Of a stretch of DNA of 64,000 nt, positions 55,081 to 64,000 are shown one piece after another. The position numbers and the translations under genes are program-made. This DNA is from Leucoraja erinacea (taxonomy: Eukaryota). The first letter of the stretch is position 1, and every line of letters starts with the position of its first letter. Below the pieces are notes generated by a model, which ran no database searches, had not been told where the DNA came from, and worked only from the letters and a program-made list of their open reading frames with translations. The stretch is from contig NC_073393.1 of NCBI RefSeq assembly GCF_028641065.1, positions 37,076,001 through 37,140,000 of the forward strand, given 5' to 3'.

Positions 55081-56340
55081 GAAGGAACTGCAGATGCTGG
55101 AAAAATCGAAGGTAGACAAAAATGCCGGAGAAACTCAGCGGTTGAGGGAGCATCTATGGAGCAAAGGAATAGGCGACATTTCGGATCGAGATCCTTCTTC
55201 AGACTGATTTTGGAGGGGGGGGGGGGGGGGGGGGGGGAAAGAAAGGAAGAGGCAGAGACAGTAGGTTTGTGGGAGAGCTCGGAAGGGGAGGGGAAGGAGG
55301 GAGAAAGGAAGGACTACCTGAAATTGGAGAAGTCAGTGTTCCTAGCCCTGGGGTGTAAATTACCCAAGCAAAATATGAGGTGCTGCTCCTCCAATGGCCA
55401 CTCTGGCCATGGAGGAGGCCCAGGACAGAAAGGTCGGATTCGGAATGGGAGGGGCTGTTGAAGTGCTGAGCCACTGGGAGATCAGGTTGGTTATTGCGAA
55501 CTGAGTGGAGGTGTTGGGCGAAGCGATTGCCAAGCCTGTGCTTGGTCTCACCGATGTAGAGCAGTTGACATCTGGAGCAGCGGATGCAGTAGATGGGGTT
55601 GGAGGAGATGCAGGTGAACCTCTGCCTCACCTGGAAAGATTGCTTGGGTCTTTGGATGGAATCGAGGGGGGAGGTAAAGCGACAAGTGTAGCATTTCTTT
55701 GCGTTGCAAGGGAAAGTACCGGGGAGGAGGTGGTTTGGGTGGGAAAGGATGAATTGACCAGGGAGTTACGGAGGGAGCGGTCTCTGCGGGAAGCAGAAAG
55801 GAGAGGAGATGGGAAGATGTGGCAGTAGTGGGATCCCGTTGGAGGTGGCGAAAATGTTGGAGGATTATATGTTGTTTGTGACGGCTGGTAGGGTGGAAGG
55901 TGAGGACAAGGAGGACCTGTCCTTGTTACGAGTGGGGGGGATGGGGAGTGAGAGCAGAGCTACGGGACATAGAGGAGACCCTGGTGAGAGCCTCATCTAT
56001 AATAGAAGAGGGGAACCCCCGTTCCCTAAAGAATGAGGACATCTCCGATGCCCTGGTCTGGAACACCGCATTCTGGGTGCAGATGCAGCGTAGACAGAGG
56101 AATTAGCTGTAGGGGATATAGCCCTTACAGGAAGCAGGATGGGAGGAAGTGTAATCCAGATAGCCATGGGAGTCAGTGGGTTTGTAGTAGATGTCGGTCA
56201 GTAGTCTGTTACCTGCGATGGAGACGGTGAGGTCTAGAAACGGTAGGGAGATGTTGGAAATGATCCAGGTGAATTTGAGTGCCGTTTGGAAGTTAGTGGT
56301 GAAATGGATGAAGTCAGTGAGTTCTACATGGGTGCAGGGG
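55081..56340 (-). mobile_element. Penelope-like retrotransposon 3' part (RT C-terminus, GIY-YIG endonuclease, terminal repeat with hammerhead at 55172-55205)
   Basis: ORFs ..SLPFLDLTVSIAGNRLLTDIYYKPTDSHGYLDYTSSHP.. (PLE RT) and RFTCISSNPIYCIRCSRCQLLYIGETKHRLGNRFAQH..PVAQHFN (GIY-YIG). Confidence 0.93.
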
Positions 56341-56655
56341 TGCATTAACTTTACCACTAACTTCCATCTTGGCCTCAAATTCACTTTGATTATCTCTGAC
56401 ACTTCCCTCCCCTTTCTGATCTCTCTGTCTCCATGGCAGGGGACAGACTATCAACTGGCAACTATGACAAACCCAGAATAACTCCCTGAGTTATTGGACT
56501 GCACTTCTTCCCACTCTGCCTCTTGCAAAGATGCAACCTCCTACTCTCAATTTCTCCATCTCCAACGCATCTGTTCATAAGATGCCCCCAGAGATGCTGC
56601 CTGACTCACTGAGTTACTCAAGCGACCTTTTTTGTAAAGCAGCATCTGCAGTTCC
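56341..56655 (+). mobile_element. Second, diverged PLE fragment, inverted relative to 55081-56340
   Basis: INFTTNFHLGLKFTLIISDTSLPFL mirrors IHFTTNFQTALKFTWIISNISLPFL; ends in terminal-repeat sequence. Confidence 0.8.
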
Positions 56656-58604
56656 TCGAGTACAGAAATTAACAATAGAATAGGGTATTCTTCCAATTTA
56701 TAAAATATGGTCATCAATCATCCTGCATGTCTGCATGAGATTCTTCAGGAGAAGATAACATTAATTTATCCTGCAGCCTCCAAACCAAAACAAAATATTC
56801 CACTCTTGGGGGAAAAATGGGATGGTAATTGCTGGATTGTTTCCTTCTTGGCATGTTGCCCATAAAAATTATTCAGTGTAACTGACTGCTCTGAATTCTT
56901 ACTGACATAAATGAGCTGGACACAAGAGGTCCCCTTGAACTTACATCTGACAACAACTGAAATGCATGTGAAATCCATGTCAAAGAAACAGCTTTCTTCT
57001 TTGGGGTTTGTCAGTTCATTGTTTCACGGCTGACTGAAAAATCCGAGCAAATATACAGACAAAGTAAGATAACTAATAATTACTGAATGCACAACAGAAT
57101 GAAACCGTTTCCTACATACATCATGACTGGGTGCTGTATAATGTACAATATTGCAAAACTAAAGAGAGTGATGACCACCCATAGGCATCCCTTCACATTG
57201 CACAACTTATCATCAGAGTTAAAAATGGAGATAAAACATTTTTAAGCTAAAATTTAACAAAAATCTGGATTTAATTTTTGTTTTAATATGTAAGTTTTAA
57301 ACGTTTCAGTTGTAACTTTATAGACTTTTGAAAATTTCACATTTCTTAGAAATGGTATTGGACACAGACAATTATTTTTAGGCATTTCTTTCCAGAAATG
57401 TAAATATAAATGTACAGCTGAACAAATGGGCTGAATCCTGAGCTCCCGCACTGGAAGGTTTTGCGACAATTGGCTGCTGTCAAAGGTCTTTGAACTGCTT
57501 GGGAATATCTCAGATAATTAGAGAAGTGTTGGCAATATAAAGATAAAAATGTTGATTATTTAAAATAAAGATTTTTTTAAAGTATTTGCATCAGATATGA
57601 ATTAAAAACAGTGAATAAGTAAAAAGTGGTATACTAAAAAATACATCTTTGGCGATCCTGCATGTTGTTATCTGACCTCAAACATATTCCTGACATCTAC
57701 GATGGATGTACAGGCATGGAAAACATGGACTTGATGAATCCATTCAGTGCAGTGTCTGGATTCTCTGCAAAAATGGCACAAATTGAATTGGTTTGATTCA
57801 AGATTCATTAGCGATGTTTTCCCAAAATCCCATAATTTCGTTTGAAGAATTAAGGCATCAAATATGGAGGAAACAACGAAAAAATAATCTATTTTGTATT
57901 TTACCAGTTTTTTTTAATTGTTGATAAGTGAGGTGAAATTAAGAGCAGATTTTAAATTAAAATTTAATGATACTGCTCCATCACACCTCACATTCTTGAA
58001 TTTTTTTTCATGAATTGGATGGGAAAGGCAAGTGTTAAGGTTAAATTTTAAATGTATATAATTTTCATAAGTAGAAAAATCCAAAACATTTTATCCAGCT
58101 ATCTGTTACAAAATGTCTGACTAATAAGACAGCAATTGAACTTGGGTACTAAAGTATGAGAAAGGAATTTCCCATTTCCTTTTGCATGTACCATAAGTGA
58201 AACATGTCCCACGAGTCTTGTACTTATGAGTGTTTACTAATAATCAGCGATAATTTTCTGCAAAATACCAAACTCAAAAAGAAAATGTGATTGTAAGGAA
58301 ATGAGTTGTTTAGAAACTTACATTTCAAAGAACAATTTTCAAGTTGATAACCACAGATGTTAACTTTTAAACTATCCACTTCAAGTATTCTGGAATTCCT
58401 CATCCAATTCTCTGAGGTACTATTTTTTTTATTTTTAGACACCACATCGTTCATTCTTGACCACAAAGCATTGTTACCAAGATGATTTTTCCCCCCATTG
58501 AAAATTAGAGAGTATAGAAATGTCAATTCAGGAGCCAGAGAAAAGAAGTGAAACACTAGCCTGAATCTTCCATTAGGAAACTGGGCGTATTTTGGGTAGA
58601 CTAT

Positions 58605-58697
58605 ATCTCTTCAGAGTTGCTGCCTGTCGGCTGAGTTACTCCAGCATTTTGCGTCTATCTTCGGTGTAAACCAGCATCTGTTTTTCCTTCCTACACA
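58605..58697 (+). mobile_element. PLE terminal-repeat fragment
   Basis: gctgcctgtcggctgagttactccagcattttgcgtctatcttc..aaaccagcatctg..cctacaca. Confidence 0.7.
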
Positions 58698-61269
58698 CTC
58701 CTGGGCATATATTGGGTTTAGTTGCCCTTTTCTTCATGGCAAATGTTCTACAGGGTTAGTAAATGGCAAAGCACATTGCTAGTGTTGGAAAAGAAAGCCT
58801 TGCTTTAATAATTCAAATTTCCCTGTGCAGATTATCACTGGGAGCACGAAGGAAATGGATTTGAAAGAGAAACAAAAAAGTTGCAACTCAAATTATCCGA
58901 GCCAGGGAAAAACACATCCATTTCAGTACAATTCAATATGCACTCCAACAATACTGAAATCATTTAGCATAAAATGTTCCTCGTAGATAAGCCTAAAATA
59001 AGATAATTCATGAATGCATAACTGTGAAGTTTTGATGTTATCCATACAACACAAAGTCTTACTGTGTCTGTGTTAACTGGCCAGTGATTTTCCACCTCAA
59101 AAAACCAATGGTTAGTAAATTGTGATCTAGTGAGCACAATAAAAATCTAACCAATGTATTTCAGATCCTACATTCATTTTGCTGCCTTATTCATAAACAG
59201 ATCACAATATGGAGCATTAAAATCATGATTACAGTGGCACACCCATTACACCAAACCACCTTTCCTCAATAGTCCACACTTTTAAACAAGACTCAATGTG
59301 TCTTTTGTTCATTGATGCAGCCTGCACAACCAATACATTCCACAGTCTACCATATCACCCACAAAATCTGGTTCATAATAAAGCTTCTGTAACAGAAAAC
59401 AAAACTTCAATGTTGTTTACCCTAACAAATATAGGTAAAAAAACAACGTGGCGGAATTCAATTGCTTAATATCAAGCTGGAAAAAAGCCTTGGAAAAATC
59501 AGCCTTAAGAGCTCAATTTTTTTTCTGTTAGATTGAAATTGAAAAACATGGTCTTCAATTTTAACACATGCTTTCAAAATGGAAATCCACCACCAATCTG
59601 CATATCACTTACATCTAAATTATAAAATACAATCTGTAAAATGTAATTATAAAGTTGAAATACAGTAAAAAATTCCAAGGGAGTAAAATTAAAACTGTAA
59701 TCGTCCTTATTTTAACTTAAGTTTATAATCAATATATGTACATTCCTGTTAAACTGCAAATTGTACTTTTCCTTTTTTTCCCCTGATGCTTCAATGGATG
59801 CTATATGGACTCTGAAGAAATGTAATACCACAAAATACTACCACCATGAACTAATCGGAGCGCGGAAAGTAATGAATACAGGTATTTTATTTATTTTAAA
59901 ACAGGAAAATGGTAGATAAAATTACTTGAATTTTTCAAAAATAATGGAAGTACTGTAAATAGTGTTCAGCAAAATTCTTATGGACATCTGTTCTCTATAT
60001 ATTTACGTAAGATGAACAGTGAACCCATATTAACAATTTACAGACTGAACGTTTAAATTAAAACATTGGGTACCAAATACAAACTAAATGAGATGTATCT
60101 GCTGATTACAAACCTCTCACCCAACAGGCTGAACCGACAGCCAACCAATTCTTCTCACATTCATTCACATATAATTCTCTCTGAGGGGGTTCTTTGCCTC
60201 AAATTACTTCAACACAACAATACACTCATTGCAGTCTGTATCTACAATGCTGTTGTTTATTAATCTCTCTCTCTCTCTCTCTCCCTCTTGAAATTGCTAA
60301 CAATTATCATTTTATATCCAAAACTGGAAGTCATTATGTGGAGCAAATATTTAGATTAATTGGAACACATTGAAAAATTAAACATTTTAGGTGTACATTG
60401 GTCAGCATTTAACTCCAAAATTATTTTGAAAATTTAAAGAAATAAAAATGCTTTGAAAATCCACTTGTATTGACACGTTTATCTATGCTATATGATACCA
60501 GAAGTTGCCCAGAGAGAAACAAAAAACAGAATTTATGAGTGTGCCCATAAATCGATGAAATTAAAATATTTTTCAAAAGGCTGACAATAAAAACAGTAAA
60601 GATGAAGTGCAAACAATCACGTAGAAAATGAATTAAAATATTGATGAAGTGACAAAAATGAGTGAGAAATCAAATATCAGTTAAGGCAGGAAGGAAAAGA
60701 AAATCGGGAAAATTGATCAAAATAAAGTTTTTCAAAATACAGGGACTTGTATTCCGAAACATGGCAAAGCAATCTTTCTTTTCAGCAATAGGCCCTGCTT
60801 AGGATTGTCAGGTTGAGTGAGTTGTGTACTTTAGATGTCTTTCTGATTGTAACTACAAACCCTACCATTGATGTTTTTATTGGCTGACCATGATAATGAG
60901 GAGAAGTGCATTATTATTTAAATGGCTTAATTTCTCTACTGTTAATGTCCAAATTATTTTAACCAAAGAATGAATTTATTTTTAAACAGTTGTATGCAAT
61001 CTGTCACAGGAAAAGTCGTGACCTGTGCCCTCCAGAAATGCCTCCTCCAAGTGGCCAAAGGGTTACTCCCTGTTGTCACAATCTGGATTCTGTCCATCAA
61101 GAGAAGCAGTGGGCATGATCGTCACTCTTCAAAGAGTTCCCTTTTCAAAGAAAATACAGACAGAGAGCCTTGAACCCTATTCATCATGGGGCATTGTGGA
61201 GAATCCTTCTCATACTTGGCAGTCTTCAAAATATTCTCCATTCTATGCCTGTTACATGAAGGTTGCCGG

Positions 61270-61437
61270 AGGAAATAGTACAACATTTAAAAGACATTTG
61301 GACGGGTGTACGGACTGGAAAGGTTCAGAGGGTATGGGCCTATCGCAGATAAATCGGACAAACTCAGCTGAGCCGTCTTGGTCTGCGTGATCAAGGTGGG
61401 CTGAAGGGCCTGTTTCCATGCTAAATGACTCGATGAC
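61270..61437 (+). mobile_element. CR1 3' tail fragment
   Basis: acatttaaaagacatttggac..gggctgaagggcctgtttccatgct. Confidence 0.65.
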
Positions 61438-61774
61438 CATCTACCATAGAACTATTTATAGTGCAGTCTGGGGTCAAGCAATTTTTCATGACACTATAAT
61501 GGTCTTCTCAATCTTTCTCACTGCGATGTTGCACCTCATTAGAACAAGCTTCCCATTGGAGTACAGACAATGAACAGGATGTATAAGAAGCTGTTCAACC
61601 CATGCTATCTCCGCACTGGAATCATGGTCGCTCCAACTTCTGGCATCAAGTTGCAATATACAGATAATGCTTGCACATGGATGATTAAATGCACCACAAC
61701 ATCCAATACATGAGCACAGACACTGGATATCCTCAAACTAAGCACAAAGTTCATGCTCCACTAGACAGCAGTGC

Positions 61775-61816
<42 letters not shown>

Positions 61817-63319
61817 CCCCTCCGGTATGACCAAGTTTTGGATTTACAGCAGGCTACTTAAAACACTTGAGATATGCCACCAATGTTGTCTACATACAAA
61901 CCACTGAAGACATTGGCAGCATAAATGAACTCATTAGCATCTCGCTGACCAACATCCCCCAGCATCAAGATTCTAATTTTACTTTGCCAGCTCCAACAGA
62001 TGAGCACATTTGGCACCAAACCCCTGAAACAAGAATTTTACTCCTAACTCCTTCAAGTAAGCAAGGAAACACTTCAAGCATATTTCCAAAGCCTTGAATC
62101 CCTAGCTTAGTGGAGAAGAAACGTCCAGATATGCATTGAGAACTTCATGTCTCCTTTTTCAGATCACACATAAACCCACCAAAAAAAACAAAATGTGGCA
62201 CCCATTTACCTAATCTATTAAGCACCTTCTATCCCACACATGGATGAATCTGTGCATTCCACATAGACCTCATGGGCCATCTCAGAACCCAGAGATTGGA
62301 TACAAGTAGGCGGCCCTTGATTGCAAAGGACTGCTTATGGTAGTGAAATCGTGAAAGTGCTTGATCATTACTTGCTAATATCCTGCAATATATTTGTGAA
62401 TAGATATTGGCAATATTGTAATATCGCTGAAATGACAGTACTCAGGAGCAAAATTGAGGATACTACAGATAAAAATACAACAGTTCTGATAAGGAGTCTC
62501 AGACCTTCAATATTAACTGTTTCTCTTTCCACAGATGCTGCATAGCTTGGCGAGTGATATTGTTTTTATTTCAGATTTCCAGAATCTGCACTTTTTTGAT
62601 ATTCATAGACAAAAAGACAGTCTCCAGGTTAAAAAAATGGAATCATAAAAAGCACATACCCAGACCTACAGAAGTTGTCTATTTAAAACTAGAGTAGTAT
62701 ATATTCAGGAAAGGTAACAAATAAAGGAAGATGAGGAGGGTGGATAAACCATAACATATTCTTGTATATTTCAATGAGCTTTTAAATGGTGCAGTCACTA
62801 TTCTTTCATATAAAACACAATTTGCTTTCTTCTACAAATAGCAATTGGACATCTAGATGAATACAATATGGTGGTGCTGATCATCAGATGTTACTTAGAG
62901 ATCAATATTGGGGATTGTTAAGAAACCTGCTCAAGGCAAATAAAAGCCAGAAGAGTTGTGTCAACTTTAACAGAATATTATGATTTCCCTATCTAGAGTG
63001 AATTTAGATTGCTTGAATTGCTTTATTTATCATTAATTCTCTTATGAGGGGATAATGTTTACAATATTGTCCTGCCAAGAGAAATATTAAAGAATGATAT
63101 GCCTCAGACTTTTCACAATCACCATTTAAGGTCATGGACCATTTAAGGTCATATTGGTATGGTCTGGTAGCAGGAACCTCTCATGTACTAAATGGTGTGC
63201 ACTGCAGGGGCCCAAAGGGTTCTATAAACAGTAACAACAATTTTATAGAACACAATACTATGCAGTCTATTGTTGTGTTTTATGAAAATAACTATGTTAT
63301 TGAATCAACTGAGCTTTCA

Positions 63320-63673
<354 letters not shown>

Positions 63674-64000
63674 TCAAGAATTAGACCAAAATTGCAATTT
63701 TAAATGTTTGCTTTCAGTTAAATACCTCAATATTTTGCTTCACAAACTTGGGCTCCCTTCCCCACCTGAAATTGCTAAATTGGCGAATCATGGTAAAATA
63801 CCAAGCAGATCTATTGCAAAAAAAAAGCCAATGCAATGGATCTTATGAACCTTGGCCAGCGGTACCTTTAATTTGCTGCTGCTTTTTGAAGCAGCCAACA
63901 TTTGCAGTGATTGCCTGGGGAACTATAGATAGACACAGTAATGTTTGTAACATTAGCTGATCTTATCAGAAGATTGGAACAAAAAATAATCCTGGATACC

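Noticed and set aside
61689-61907. ORF with a poly-proline tract
   Set aside because: Comes from a ~40-nt poly-C homopolymer within degenerate repeat-like sequence; no splice or homology support.

Overview
Vertebrate genomic DNA, most likely a cartilaginous fish (skate/ray/shark, inferred from HE1-like V-SINEs, Deu-domain SINEs and abundant CR1 and Penelope-like repeats). The window holds the 3' part of the HECT E3 ligase gene WWP2 on the minus strand: 15 coding exons with GT-AG boundaries that I spliced by hand into one open frame (1615 nt, WW2-WW3-WW4-HECT, stop TAA at 6410-6412). The intronic microRNA mir-140 is at ~28020-28110. Introns contain CR1, Rex1/Babar-like, RTE-like and Penelope-like (PLE) fragments, SINEs, a tandem pair of non-autonomous Helitrons and a 259-N assembly gap. 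The main unexplained signal is a dispersed PLE terminal-repeat family carrying minimal hammerhead-ribozyme motifs (CUGANGA-A-stemII-GAAA-N-NUH) with compensatory stem II changes. One locus is a 3-unit tandem array in the WWP2 sense orientation ~600 nt past the stop codon. Repeat boundaries were estimated by eye, and comparisons with human proteins and miRNA rely on recalled sequences.
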